Shown one piece after another: positions 41,400 to 51,855 of a stretch of 64,000 nucleotides of DNA (its first letter is position 1; every line of letters starts with the position of its first letter). Below the pieces are notes generated by a model. The model was given only the letters and a program-made list of their open reading frames with translations, made no database searches and had not been told where the DNA came from. Location of the stretch: IMG/VR virus record IMGVR_UViG_3300033121_000902; one strand, given 5' to 3'. Made by a program: the position numbers and the translations under genes. The stretch comes from an uncultured virus (IMG/VR IMGVR_UViG_3300033121_000902) (Duplodnaviria > Heunggongvirae > Uroviricota > Caudoviricetes).

Positions 41400-42170
41400 A
41401 TGGCTAATAGTACAATAAAAGATTTGATTGAAGGTACTCCAGATGAAACAACTGGTTGGATTCCTTTTCATAATACTGCTGATACAGACCCTAAGAAAAT
41501 AAATCCTAGTAATTTAGCTTCATTAATAGCTTCTATTCCTTTTAATTTGCTTAGTGCTTGGAATAGCGGCACAACCTACAATTTAATGGATGTTGTTTCA
41601 CTAAATGGTTCTTCTTATATAAGTAAGACTACAAATACTAATAGTAGTCCAGACTCTAATCCTAATGATTGGTTATTATTGGCAGAAAAAGGAACCGCTG
41701 GAGCTAATGGAGAAGCTCTTGAAATTCGTAGAAATGGAATAGCTCAAACAGGAACAGGGTATCTTGAGAGTAGATTAGGTTCAGGCTCATGGGGTAATTT
41801 ATATTTACCTCTTGTTTCTGCTGGAGCATGGTCTAATACACCCGATTATACACCTGGAGATGTTGTTACGTATTTAGAAAGTTCTTATGTTTGTATTGAT
41901 TATACAAACGGTAATCATGGTGACCCGGCAAGCACTACAGGAAAATGGAGTTTGTTTGTTGCTAAAGGAAATACAGGTAATGATGGTCCTAATAATGTTA
42001 CTACATCTACAACAACTAATTTAACTGGTCCAATAGTAGGAAATGGTTCTACTCTTAATGCTGTTACTCCATTTACAGATGGGACATATACAGTTGGATT
42101 AGGAGGTTCTACCAACGGAACAATTACAATTGTAAATGGAATTATAACAAATATAACACAAGCATCTTAA
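41400..42170 (+). CDS. virion protein with two CBM5/12-like carbohydrate-binding repeats
   Basis: AWNSGTTYNLMDVVSLNGSSY and AWSNTPDYTPGDVVTYLESSY, each followed by W..[LF]..KG.xG; N-terminus similar to that of 37977..40880. Confidence 0.7.
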   Translation: MANSTIKDLIEGTPDETTGWIPFHNTADTDPKKINPSNLASLIASIPFNLLSAWNSGTTYNLMDVVSLNGSSYISKTTNTNSSPDSNPNDWLLLAEKGTAGANGEALEIRRNGIAQTGTGYLESRLGSGSWGNLYLPLVSAGAWSNTPDYTPGDVVTYLESSYVCIDYTNGNHGDPASTTGKWSLFVAKGNTGNDGPNNVTTSTTTNLTGPIVGNGSTLNAVTPFTDGTYTVGLGGSTNGTITIVNGIITNITQAS

Positions 42171-42171
42171 A

Positions 42172-42636
42172 ATGAAAATTATAAAAGATACGAGAGAACA
42201 ATTAGGTTGGAATTTTCCAGGTATGGAAGTTAAAACTTTGCATACCGGAGATTATACCATTGAAGGTTATGAAAATCTATTTGTTATAGAACGCAAAGGT
42301 AAATTGACAGAATTTGTTAATAACCTTTGCACTCAAAGATTCGAAGAAGAACTTAAAAGATTAGAAGAATTTAAATATTCCTTTATTATTTGCGAGTTTG
42401 AATATTCTGATATTTTTAAATGGCCTTTGTCTTCAGGCTTATCTCAAAATAAAGTAAAATACATTAAAACAAGTAAATATTTTGTATTAAAACGTGTTAA
42501 CGAAATATTAGTCAAGTATAAAACAAAGATAATTTTTGCAGGGAAGAATGGTGCTGACACGGCATCATCAATATTTAAAAGAGTGGTAGAAAATGAAAAC
42601 AATGTTGATGACAACGGAACAAAAAAGGATTCATGA
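42172..42636 (+). CDS. ERCC4/XPF-like nuclease
   Basis: DTREQ, GDY and IERK motifs. Confidence 0.85.
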   Translation: MKIIKDTREQLGWNFPGMEVKTLHTGDYTIEGYENLFVIERKGKLTEFVNNLCTQRFEEELKRLEEFKYSFIICEFEYSDIFKWPLSSGLSQNKVKYIKTSKYFVLKRVNEILVKYKTKIIFAGKNGADTASSIFKRVVENENNVDDNGTKKDS

Positions 42637-45600
42637 TTCAGTAGAGAATGCGTGGTTGGGTTTAACAGCCGAAGAAACACAACGTATAATAAATCCGTTT
42701 GATACTAAAAATACTGACGATATAGACAATCCTCATATTCAAGTTTTAAAGCTCTTAAGAAATCCAGATTATTTTTACTTTACCTGCAAACATATTTTTA
42801 ATATTCAAATACTTCCATTTCAATTAGCAATTCTTAAAGAATTATGGAATAGAAAATATCCAATGTTAATCGCTTCTCGTGGAGCGGGAAAATGTATAAC
42901 TGGTGATTCTATAGTAATGACCGATTCAGGATTTAATGAAATAGGAACATTAGTTGGATATAATACAGAAGAATTTGCAAAAAAATCTATTCCAGATAAA
43001 ATCTTAAACGAAAATGGGACTTTTAATAATATTGAATATGGTTGGAATAATGGATTTTCTGAAACTATCAAATTAACTACATCTCAAGGATATTCTATAG
43101 AAGGAACATTAAATCATCCTATAAGAGTTTATAGAGATAATTGTATTGTTTGGTCTGAATTAAAAGATATAAAAAATAGCGATTATATTCTAATAGATAG
43201 AAAAGACGGCTGGTTTGAAAAAACTAATGATTTAAATCCAGAATTAGCTTACCTTTTTGGATTATTAGTCGGTGATGGAGGGTATACAGTTAGAGGCACA
43301 ATAAGTTTCACCTCTAATGATAATCAATTACATAAAGCTGTAGATAATCTTTCTCTAAAATATTTTGGTAAAAATTTTAGTGATGTGCCAAGTAGTTCTT
43401 ATGCTAGAAATTTATATTCAACAGAGATTTGGGATTCGTTATTTAACAAATATGGTTTTGGTTCTTTTAAATGTAGCGAAAAACAGTTTCCTAAAGTAGT
43501 ATTATCTTCTTCAAAAGAAAGCATGGCAGCGTTTATACGGGGTTTATTTGATACTGACGGAACAGTAACAAAAAGAAGAAAAGAATTAGAATATTGTGCT
43601 AAATCTACTAAATTAATTAGGACTCTTCAAGTTGTTTTAACTAAATTTGGTATAATTTCAAAGGTAAAAAGAAGATATAATAAACTTTATGACAGATATT
43701 ATAATTATTTATATATAAGCGGAAATAATGTTAATATTTTCCAAGAAAAAATTGGATTTGGATTAATTAGAAAAAAAGAATTACTTAAAGAAGTTTGTTT
43801 AACTACTTCTAATACAAATATAGATATATTTCCGTTTACTAATCATGGATTCAGTAATAGAAAATTTACATCTATTGATAAAGCTATAGAATTAGGATTT
43901 GCTCAAAATAAAGACTTTTTCTTTGATAAGATAAAAAAGATAGAAAATGGACACGCTCAAACATTTGATATCCATTGTTTAGAACAAGACCACTCATTTA
44001 TTTCCAATGGTATAGTTTCTCATAATTCGTTTATACTTGCTTTATATGCAATGCTAAGAGCATTTTTACATCAAGGATGTAAAATTATTATAGTAGGTGC
44101 AGCTTTTAGACAATCCAAAGTTATTTTCGAATATTGTGAAAATATTTGGAATAACGCACCAATATTACGTAGTATGGCAGATAATGGAGTTAGAAGCGGT
44201 CCTAAGAGAGATATCGACAGATGTACATGTATTATAGGCGAAAGCCAAATTATAGCATTACCAATTGGTGATGGCAGTAAAATTAGAGGTCAAAGAGCTA
44301 ACTATATTATCGCCGACGAATTTGCTTCAATGAGCGAATCAATTTATGAAAACGTAATTTCAGGTTTCGCTGCTGTTAGAGCTAATGTTGTAGATACTGT
44401 TAAAAACTTTGCTAGAACTAAAGTTCTTAAAGAAATGAATTTATGGACACCGGAACATGAAATAGAAAACAATATCAAATATATGGGCAACCAAGCTATT
44501 CTTTCTGGAACAGCTTATTACGACTTTAATCACTTTGCAAAATATTGGAAAAGATATAAACAAATCATACTAAGCAAAGGAGACCATAATAAATTAGCTG
44601 AAATATTTGGTGGAGAAGTACCAGAAAGCTTTAATTATAGAGATTATTGCGTTATTAGAATACCTGTAGAGCTATTGCCTGATGGTTTTATGGACGAAAA
44701 ACACGTAGCTAGGTCAAAAGCTACAGTTCATAGCGGTATATATGCTATGGAATTTTCGGCTTGTTTCAGCGTAGACAGCAACGGTTTCTTTAAGAGAACA
44801 CTTATTGAATCATGCGTAGTTGGCGAAAATGGTCTAATCATGAATTCTGGAGAGAAGGTTGCCTTCTCTGCTAAAGTTAAGGGCGACCCAAACATTAAAT
44901 ATGTGTATGGTGTTGACCCTGCTTCCGAAAGAGATAATTTTTCTATTACTATATTAGAAATGCGTGGAAGTCATAGAAGAATAGTATATTGTTGGACTAC
45001 TACAAAAAATTCTCATAAAGAAAAACTTAAAGCTGGAGTAGTACAAGAACACGATTTCTATCATTATTGTGGAAGAAAAATTAGAGATTTAATGAAAGTT
45101 TTTCCAACAGATAATATAATTATTGACTCTCAAGGTGGTGGTGTTGCTGTAGAAGAAGTTTTACAAGACCCTAAAAATCTATTAGAAAATGAGAAACCTT
45201 TATGGAGAGTAATAGATGAAGAAGACCCTAAAGATTCAGATAGATACGAAGGTTTACACATTTTACATTTTGCTAATTTTGCTAGTGCTGATTGGGTTAA
45301 AGAAGCTAATCACGGTTTAAGAAAAGATTTTGAAGATAAAACTTTATTATTCCCATTTTTTGATTCAATAAGTCTTATGGAGGCTGCATCTTTAGATAAA
45401 GAAAATAATAGACTGTATGATACACTAGAAGATTGCGTTATGGAAATAGAAGAACTTAAAGATGAACTAGCTACTATAGTACATAGTCAAACTGGAATTG
45501 CAAATAGAGATAGATGGGATACTCCAGAAATAAAATTACCTGGAGGTAAAAAAGGAAGATTAAGAAAAGATAGATATTCAGCTTTATTAATGGCAAATAT

Positions 45601-45763
45601 GATTGCAAGAAAAATAGAAAAAGCTGTTCCTAAAGAAACAACATATGTACATGTAGGAGGTTTTACTAACAGCTTTAAGAAGAGTAATACAAAGAATGAT
45701 TTATATATATCTCCATCATGGTTCAAGCATGATTTTAAGGGTGTAGCCGTAAAACGTGGGTAA
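42593..45763 (+). CDS. terL: terminase large subunit (intein-containing)
   Basis: Walker A ASRGAGK|S split by the intein, KIRGQRA.YIIADEF Walker B, YGVDPA nuclease motif, RKDRYSA. Confidence 0.92.
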   Translation: MKTMLMTTEQKRIHDSVENAWLGLTAEETQRIINPFDTKNTDDIDNPHIQVLKLLRNPDYFYFTCKHIFNIQILPFQLAILKELWNRKYPMLIASRGAGKCITGDSIVMTDSGFNEIGTLVGYNTEEFAKKSIPDKILNENGTFNNIEYGWNNGFSETIKLTTSQGYSIEGTLNHPIRVYRDNCIVWSELKDIKNSDYILIDRKDGWFEKTNDLNPELAYLFGLLVGDGGYTVRGTISFTSNDNQLHKAVDNLSLKYFGKNFSDVPSSSYARNLYSTEIWDSLFNKYGFGSFKCSEKQFPKVVLSSSKESMAAFIRGLFDTDGTVTKRRKELEYCAKSTKLIRTLQVVLTKFGIISKVKRRYNKLYDRYYNYLYISGNNVNIFQEKIGFGLIRKKELLKEVCLTTSNTNIDIFPFTNHGFSNRKFTSIDKAIELGFAQNKDFFFDKIKKIENGHAQTFDIHCLEQDHSFISNGIVSHNSFILALYAMLRAFLHQGCKIIIVGAAFRQSKVIFEYCENIWNNAPILRSMADNGVRSGPKRDIDRCTCIIGESQIIALPIGDGSKIRGQRANYIIADEFASMSESIYENVISGFAAVRANVVDTVKNFARTKVLKEMNLWTPEHEIENNIKYMGNQAILSGTAYYDFNHFAKYWKRYKQIILSKGDHNKLAEIFGGEVPESFNYRDYCVIRIPVELLPDGFMDEKHVARSKATVHSGIYAMEFSACFSVDSNGFFKRTLIESCVVGENGLIMNSGEKVAFSAKVKGDPNIKYVYGVDPASERDNFSITILEMRGSHRRIVYCWTTTKNSHKEKLKAGVVQEHDFYHYCGRKIRDLMKVFPTDNIIIDSQGGGVAVEEVLQDPKNLLENEKPLWRVIDEEDPKDSDRYEGLHILHFANFASADWVKEANHGLRKDFEDKTLLFPFFDSISLMEAASLDKENNRLYDTLEDCVMEIEELKDELATIVHSQTGIANRDRWDTPEIKLPGGKKGRLRKDRYSALLMANMIARKIEKAVPKETTYVHVGGFTNSFKKSNTKNDLYISPSWFKHDFKGVAVKRG
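42893..44026 (+). mobile_element. 378-aa intein with LAGLIDADG homing endonuclease
   Basis: N-terminal CITGDS, block B GTLNHPI, LFGLLVGDG and FIRGLFDTDG motifs, C-terminal IVSHN followed by Ser+1. Confidence 0.95.
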
Positions 45764-45809
45764 ATCTTAATTAGATTGCAATCAGATTACCTTTTCGGCG
45801 GTTAAAAAC

Positions 45810-47963
45810 ATGAAAAAAGAAAAAGAAAAAGAAACTAAGCCACTTTTTGTTACTTGGGGAAAAGATAACGAAAAAGAAAAGATGGAAGCTTTTGAAAAAG
45901 CTGCTAAAGCTTTTAACGATGTAGAACCGTTAAAACAGTCTGTTGCTACTAATATTTTTCAAAACATAGAACGTAATACATCTGTAAGAGATGGTTACAG
46001 CAGAAAAGATTATGAATATTTTCGACCTGAAGAAGGTTGTAATGATGAAGCTATAAAGATTAAAAAAGCGTGTATGAGAGCTTATCGCAAAATAGGCTTA
46101 GTACATAATATTATAGATTTAATGACAGATTTTACATGTCAAGGCATTCATCTTACTCACGCTAGTAGACCTGTACAAAAATTTTATGAAGCTTGGTGGT
46201 CTAAGGTAAATGGTGCTGAACGGTCAGAAAGATTTGTTAATAAATTATTAAGAACGGGCACTACAGCAGTTCAAAGAACTACAGCTAAACTAAAGCAAAA
46301 AGATATAGATAATCTTAATAAAGGTTTCGTTATCGGTGCAGATGTTAATGCTGATACTACATTAACGATACCAAAAAATGAAATACCTTGGAAATATACA
46401 TTTTTAAATCCTCTTGCTTTAAAAATACTAGGAGATGACTTAGCTGTATTTTCTGGCGAACCAATATATGGTTTACAAGTTCCAGCACAATTAGTAGCTA
46501 GAATTAAAGCTCCTAAGAATAATGTTGATATACAAATTGTAAATTCAATGCCTGGAAATATCGTCAATGATATTCGAAAAGGTAAAACGGTTTTACAATT
46601 AGACCCTAACAAGGTTAGCATTTTTCATTACAAAAAAGACGATTGGGAAGCATGGGGCGACCCATTGGTTTATCCAGTTTTAGATGACTTAATTCAATTA
46701 GAGAAAACTAAACTAGCTGATATCACAGCTTTAGATGGTGCTGTTTCTCACATAAGATTATGGAAATTAGGAAGTCTTGAACATAGAATATTACCAACTC
46801 CTGAAGGTGCTGCTAGATTAGCTGAAGTATTATTGAATAATGTTGGTGGCGGTTCAATGGACTTAATTTGGGGTCCAGAACTAACACTAGAAGAAACTGG
46901 TACAGATATACATCAGTTTTTAGGCAAAGCAAAATACGAACCTGTACTAGAAGCTATTTATGCTGGTTTAGGAATTCCTCCAACATTAACTGGAAGTGCT
47001 AACGCTTCTGGCTTTACAAACAACTACATCTCTTTAAAAACCTTACTAGAGCGTTTGAATTACGTAAGAATGATTCTTATTGAATTCTGGGACAAAGAAG
47101 TAAAGCTTGTACAAAGAGCTATGGGATTCTCACAGCCAGCACAAATACAATTTGATAGAATGACTTTATCTGATGAAGCGTCTGAGAAAAAACTTTTATT
47201 AGACCTAGCAGATAGAAATATTATTTCAATAGAGACAGTTCAAGAAAGATTCGGAGAAATACCAGAACTAGAAAGAATTCGTCTTAAGAGAGAACATAAA
47301 GAAACCAAGAAAAAGAAAATGCCAAGAAAAGTTGGTCCTTATGCTGAGCAAGAAGACTCATTGCAGAAAATTGCTTTGCAAAACGGAATAGCAACACCTT
47401 CAGAAGTTGGCCTTGAACTGGATGAACGCAAGAAGGGCGAAGTTCCGATGATTGACCAACAGGCGAAACATGAGGCAGCGATAACCTCTCTTGCTAAGCC
47501 TAAAGGAATTCCTGGACAAGGTAGACCAAAAAATAAAGGTGACGCAACAAAACGTAAAAAGAAAAAAGTTATTCCTAGAACTTCTGCTTCTTTATTTATG
47601 CAGAATTTATCTTGGGCAAGAAAAACTCAAAAGAAAATTTCTGATATAGCTGACCCTGTTTGGTTAGAGATTTGTGGTAAAAAAGATTTAAGAAGTCTTT
47701 CCGATGAAGATTTTACTAGTATTGAGAAATTAAAGTTTGCTATTTTGTGTAATCTTAAAGTATCAGATATTGTTGATGACAAAGTAATTAAGGATATGAT
47801 TTTAGCTAAAGATTTACAGATTTCACCTTATATAGAAAATTTGTGTAAACAAACTATATCGAAATATAAAGAGAAATTTGAAAAAGAACCAACTTTAGAA
47901 GAAATCAGACAAATACAAGCTTCGGCGTACAGTTTATACGAGGGAGAATACGAAAATGTCTAA
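45810..47963 (+). CDS. portal protein
   Basis: Follows terL; GLVHNIIDLMTDF and AGLGIPPTL segments typical of portals. Confidence 0.8.
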   Translation: MKKEKEKETKPLFVTWGKDNEKEKMEAFEKAAKAFNDVEPLKQSVATNIFQNIERNTSVRDGYSRKDYEYFRPEEGCNDEAIKIKKACMRAYRKIGLVHNIIDLMTDFTCQGIHLTHASRPVQKFYEAWWSKVNGAERSERFVNKLLRTGTTAVQRTTAKLKQKDIDNLNKGFVIGADVNADTTLTIPKNEIPWKYTFLNPLALKILGDDLAVFSGEPIYGLQVPAQLVARIKAPKNNVDIQIVNSMPGNIVNDIRKGKTVLQLDPNKVSIFHYKKDDWEAWGDPLVYPVLDDLIQLEKTKLADITALDGAVSHIRLWKLGSLEHRILPTPEGAARLAEVLLNNVGGGSMDLIWGPELTLEETGTDIHQFLGKAKYEPVLEAIYAGLGIPPTLTGSANASGFTNNYISLKTLLERLNYVRMILIEFWDKEVKLVQRAMGFSQPAQIQFDRMTLSDEASEKKLLLDLADRNIISIETVQERFGEIPELERIRLKREHKETKKKKMPRKVGPYAEQEDSLQKIALQNGIATPSEVGLELDERKKGEVPMIDQQAKHEAAITSLAKPKGIPGQGRPKNKGDATKRKKKKVIPRTSASLFMQNLSWARKTQKKISDIADPVWLEICGKKDLRSLSDEDFTSIEKLKFAILCNLKVSDIVDDKVIKDMILAKDLQISPYIENLCKQTISKYKEKFEKEPTLEEIRQIQASAYSLYEGEYENV

Positions 47964-48297
47964 GGTTTTAATAGAGATAGACACAGAAAGTTCAGAAATG
48001 TCTGTAGAAGTTAACGGTAAAAAGATAAATAATGTTGTTTCATTATCAGCTGGATTATACAGATATCCTGAAGAAGATGGTTCAATGAAGATGAAATGTG
48101 GTGTTGATATTTGTACAGAAACAGAAGATGAAAACGATGTAAAAACACGTACATATATTTGTGCTAACAAAAAGGATTTTAAAGGCAAACCAGTAAATAT
48201 AGAAGGGTTTGTTTTAGATGAAATTAAAGCTAATGAATCTTCTAAGGAAGAGATAGTTAAGAAACAAATCGCAAATATCTTTAATAAAAGAAGCTAA
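47956..48297 (+). CDS. hypothetical head-module protein
   Basis: 113-aa ORF coupled between portal and protease. Confidence 0.55.
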   Translation: MSKVLIEIDTESSEMSVEVNGKKINNVVSLSAGLYRYPEEDGSMKMKCGVDICTETEDENDVKTRTYICANKKDFKGKPVNIEGFVLDEIKANESSKEEIVKKQIANIFNKRS

Positions 48298-48299
48298 AA

Positions 48300-49715
48300 A
48301 TGAGACAAATTCCTATATATAAAGCTGAAAGAGAAGCTGGTTTAGCAGATAAAATTCTGACTGCTAATTCTATAGCTTATCTTACAAAAATAGAAATTGA
48401 TAAAACACCAAACAAGAATAAGATTCTTACTTGTGCCGCTATCAAAAATCATAATTGGAATGATAATCAAATTGATTTGCATTATCTTAAAGATATTTTA
48501 GTTTCTACTGGTATGAATGGTAATGATGAAATCTTTTTAAAAGAAGAGATTTGGGCAGCGAAGTCAACTCCAGAAGATAAACCTTTTAATCTTGGACATA
48601 ATTGCAAAGATATTATTGGTCACATCACATCTCAATATTTAATTGATAATAATGGTAATCTATTAGACGAGAATCTATCTATAGACGAATTACCAGATTA
48701 TCACGTTGTAAGCACATCTGTAATATATAAATATTGGGCAGATAAAGAAAGAATGGAGCAAATAAATAAAATTATAGCCGAGATTGAGACGGAAAAGAAA
48801 TGGTTCGTTTCAATGGAAGCTTTATTTGCTAATTATGATTACGGTGTTTTTAATGAAAAAGGGGAAATGGGAATTATTCCTCGAAATGAAACTACAGCCT
48901 TCTTAACAAAGCATTTAAGAGCTTATGGTGGAGAAGGCAAATACGAAAACTATAGACTAGGAAGAGTTATAAGAAATATAACCTTTTCCGGTAAAGGTCT
49001 TGTTGAATGTCCAGCTAATCCGAACAGTATCATTTTTAATGACGTTACTCCATTCAAAATACAAGCCTCTGAAAAAATAGAAGGGGTTGTAGCTTCTTTG
49101 GGGTATTCTAATAGTGAAGAAACAAAAGATAAGGAGAATTCAATGTCAGTAGAACTTGAAAATCTAAAGAAAACAAATACAGAACTCGAAAATTCTTTAA
49201 AAGAAGTACAGACAGCTAAGGCTAATCTTGAAAAACAAGTTAAAGAAATGGAAGTTAAATTAACAGAAGGTACTGAAAAAGAAAAAGTATTAACTGCTAA
49301 ATTGACTGACACTGAAGCACAGCTTAAAGCTTCAAAAGATGAGTTTAAAGCTTCTACAGATAAGCTTAAGACAGTAGAAACTGAACTTAATACTATCAAA
49401 GCAGAAAAAACTAAGAATGAAAGAATTTCTGCACTTAAAGGTATTGGAGTTGAAGAAGCTAAAGTTACTGAATTATATGAAATTTTATCTGAACTTTCAG
49501 ATGCTAAATTCAATGATTATGTTACAAAAGCAAAAGTTGCTCCTAAAGTAGAAGAAAAACCTAAAGTTGATGTTAAAGTTTTGGAAAATGTTGAAGCTGG
49601 TAAAGATGTTGGTTCTGGTAAAGTAGATGCCGAAGGCAGCACACTCCAAGCCACTCAAGCTAAGATTGCGGAATTTTATAAAGCAAGTAAAAACAAAGAA
49701 ACTGCAAAGAATTAA
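48300..49715 (+). CDS. prohead protease with C-terminal scaffold
   Basis: N.ND.F, KPFN.GH, VSME, FSGKGLV..PANP motifs, then a long K/E-rich coiled coil. Confidence 0.75.
   Translation: MRQIPIYKAEREAGLADKILTANSIAYLTKIEIDKTPNKNKILTCAAIKNHNWNDNQIDLHYLKDILVSTGMNGNDEIFLKEEIWAAKSTPEDKPFNLGHNCKDIIGHITSQYLIDNNGNLLDENLSIDELPDYHVVSTSVIYKYWADKERMEQINKIIAEIETEKKWFVSMEALFANYDYGVFNEKGEMGIIPRNETTAFLTKHLRAYGGEGKYENYRLGRVIRNITFSGKGLVECPANPNSIIFNDVTPFKIQASEKIEGVVASLGYSNSEETKDKENSMSVELENLKKTNTELENSLKEVQTAKANLEKQVKEMEVKLTEGTEKEKVLTAKLTDTEAQLKASKDEFKASTDKLKTVETELNTIKAEKTKNERISALKGIGVEEAKVTELYEILSELSDAKFNDYVTKAKVAPKVEEKPKVDVKVLENVEAGKDVGSGKVDAEGSTLQATQAKIAEFYKASKNKETAKN
49143..49715 (+). CDS. nested in-frame scaffolding protein
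   Basis: Internal AAGGAG-N6-ATG in frame at the start of the coiled-coil half. Confidence 0.6.
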   Translation: MSVELENLKKTNTELENSLKEVQTAKANLEKQVKEMEVKLTEGTEKEKVLTAKLTDTEAQLKASKDEFKASTDKLKTVETELNTIKAEKTKNERISALKGIGVEEAKVTELYEILSELSDAKFNDYVTKAKVAPKVEEKPKVDVKVLENVEAGKDVGSGKVDAEGSTLQATQAKIAEFYKASKNKETAKN

Positions 49716-49732
49716 TTAATAGGAGATAAAAA

Positions 49733-50194
49733 ATGCTTAAGGGCGACCGTCATTTATTTTACGACGATATTCGTTATTTCTGCAATGATGTAACAGAACG
49801 AGGAGTTATTCTTGTTCACTCTGGTAGCGGTGCAAGCGGTGTTTCTCTTGAAGATACATTGAATATTGCATATTTACCTGGAACAGGTAGCGTATCTGGT
49901 TTGAAACCAGTAGGTCTATTACTCAACGATTTCGTTAACGTAGACTTATCACGATATAAATTGAACGAACACAAAGATGAAATGCAAATTGGTCAAAAAG
50001 CACATTTGCTGAAAAAGGGTTGGGTACATACTGATAAACTAAAATCAGGTGATACTCCAAGTGCTGGTGTTGCAGCTTATCTAGCTCCTAGTGGAGAAAT
50101 ATCTACTACTTCGACTAATGCTGCTAGAGTTGGTACATTTAAGGGTAGAAAAGATTCAGATGGTTTCGTTTTACTCGAAGTAGATATAGCATAA
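49733..50194 (+). CDS. capsid decoration/cement protein
   Basis: Between scaffold and MCP, strong RBS, beta-rich. Confidence 0.6.
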   Translation: MLKGDRHLFYDDIRYFCNDVTERGVILVHSGSGASGVSLEDTLNIAYLPGTGSVSGLKPVGLLLNDFVNVDLSRYKLNEHKDEMQIGQKAHLLKKGWVHTDKLKSGDTPSAGVAAYLAPSGEISTTSTNAARVGTFKGRKDSDGFVLLEVDIA

Positions 50195-50221
50195 TAATTT
50201 AAAGATAATAGGAGTTTAAAT

Positions 50222-51244
50222 ATGCGTAAGCGAAAAGTTGATTATACAGTAACTCCTGAAATGAGAGAGTTACTTTTAGCTAGCGGCGATAATGATGCTA
50301 ATAAAGCAATTTTAGCACAACGCCAATTAGCAATGGCATTGATGCTGCCTCTAAGACAGGGTATATTAGATGGCGATATCGTTGGTCCTATGGGTATTTT
50401 TACCTCTTTGGACTTTAGTAACAACAATAAAGTAGAGTTTCCTCTAGACTTTATTTCTCCAGGTTCAGAAGATGAATATAGTGCATTCACTATACCTAAC
50501 TATGGACGTATCCCAGAGAAACATGTTGAAGGTGATTATGTCACTGTACCAACCTACGATGTAGGTGCTGCAATTGACTTCCATCTTAAATATGCAAGAG
50601 ATGCACGTTGGGATATTCTTTCAAGAGCTATGCAGGTCATGGAAGCTATGTTCCGTAGAAAGATGAATTTGGACGCATGGCGTTGTATTTTAGCAACTGG
50701 CGTTGACAGAAACTTACTTGTGAACGATTCAACTGCACCAGCAGGTTTCTTCACTAAGAGATTAGTAAGTTTGATGAAAACACAGATGCGTAGAAGCGGT
50801 GGTGGAAACTTAGCTAGCTTGAACCCAATCGAGCTAACAGATATCTTTACAAGTCCAGAAAACATGGAAGATATTAGAACTTGGGACTTAACACAGATTG
50901 ACGACGTTACTCGTAGACAGGTTTTCCTTGCTAGCGGTAACGGTGGATTGTCTAACATCTTTGGTGTTGACCTTCACGAATTAACTGAGTTAGGTGTTAA
51001 TCAGACATTCCAAACCTACTTTACTAACCTTGGTGGTTCTCTAGCTGCTAGTGACACTGAATTAGTAATTGGTCTTGACTTGACTGATAATGCAGGTTCC
51101 TCATTCGTAATGCCTATTAAGGCTCCATTAGAAATCTTTGAAGACCCAACTCTTCATCGTCAACGCAGACAAGGTTACTATGGTTGGCAAGAACACGGAT
51201 TTGCTATCCTAGACAACAGAAAAGTCATGTTCGGTAGCAACTAA
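50222..51244 (+). CDS. major capsid protein (HK97 fold)
   Basis: 340 aa, strong RBS, position in head module, followed by terminator. Confidence 0.85.
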   Translation: MRKRKVDYTVTPEMRELLLASGDNDANKAILAQRQLAMALMLPLRQGILDGDIVGPMGIFTSLDFSNNNKVEFPLDFISPGSEDEYSAFTIPNYGRIPEKHVEGDYVTVPTYDVGAAIDFHLKYARDARWDILSRAMQVMEAMFRRKMNLDAWRCILATGVDRNLLVNDSTAPAGFFTKRLVSLMKTQMRRSGGGNLASLNPIELTDIFTSPENMEDIRTWDLTQIDDVTRRQVFLASGNGGLSNIFGVDLHELTELGVNQTFQTYFTNLGGSLAASDTELVIGLDLTDNAGSSFVMPIKAPLEIFEDPTLHRQRRQGYYGWQEHGFAILDNRKVMFGSN

Positions 51245-51263
51245 TTAAAAACTGGTCATTTAT

Positions 51264-51298
51264 TAAAAGAAGCTTGCTTTTTGCAAGCTTTTTTTATT
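51264..51298 (+). terminator. intrinsic terminator after MCP
   Basis: AAGCTTGC-TTTTT-GCAAGCTT then T-run. Confidence 0.85.
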
Positions 51299-51337
51299 GG
51301 TGTATAAATAAGTTATACTTGTAATAAGGGTTTTTAT

Positions 51338-51853
51338 ATGTCATGGCAAACTGAAGCTACTGGATTGCTAAGAGTATACATAAATGATATGGATACTCCT
51401 TATCGTTATTCTGACGCGAGATTAGAACAAGTTCTAGTTTCGTCAGCTAAAGTAGTTTTATTTGATACTGGTGGTAAAGGTTTTGCTAATGAGTTTCAAG
51501 CAGATATCACTTCTGGAACCATAACACCAGACCCAACTGATGACGCGAGTAAAGATGATAATTTCATTAACTTGATAGTTCTCAAAGCTGGTTGTTTTAT
51601 AGATAACTGTGAAGCAAGAACAGCTGCTAGAAAAGCTGGTATGGTTGTTAAAGAATTTTCAAGTAGTTTTGATAATCGTGGACTTGCTGATGCTAGATTG
51701 AAAATATTGGATAAGGGTTGGTGTAAAACTTATGATGATTCATTATTTGATTTCTTAGCTGGCAGTTCATTCGTATGTACAGCTATACTTAGTCCTTTCA
51801 GGACATATTATACAGCTGGTTATTTTAATAGAGATACATGTAACGGGAGATAA
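51338..51853 (+). CDS. head-tail adaptor (neck) protein
   Basis: LRVYIND....YSD..L pattern, position after MCP. Confidence 0.6.
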   Translation: MSWQTEATGLLRVYINDMDTPYRYSDARLEQVLVSSAKVVLFDTGGKGFANEFQADITSGTITPDPTDDASKDDNFINLIVLKAGCFIDNCEARTAARKAGMVVKEFSSSFDNRGLADARLKILDKGWCKTYDDSLFDFLAGSSFVCTAILSPFRTYYTAGYFNRDTCNGR

Positions 51854-51855
51854 AA

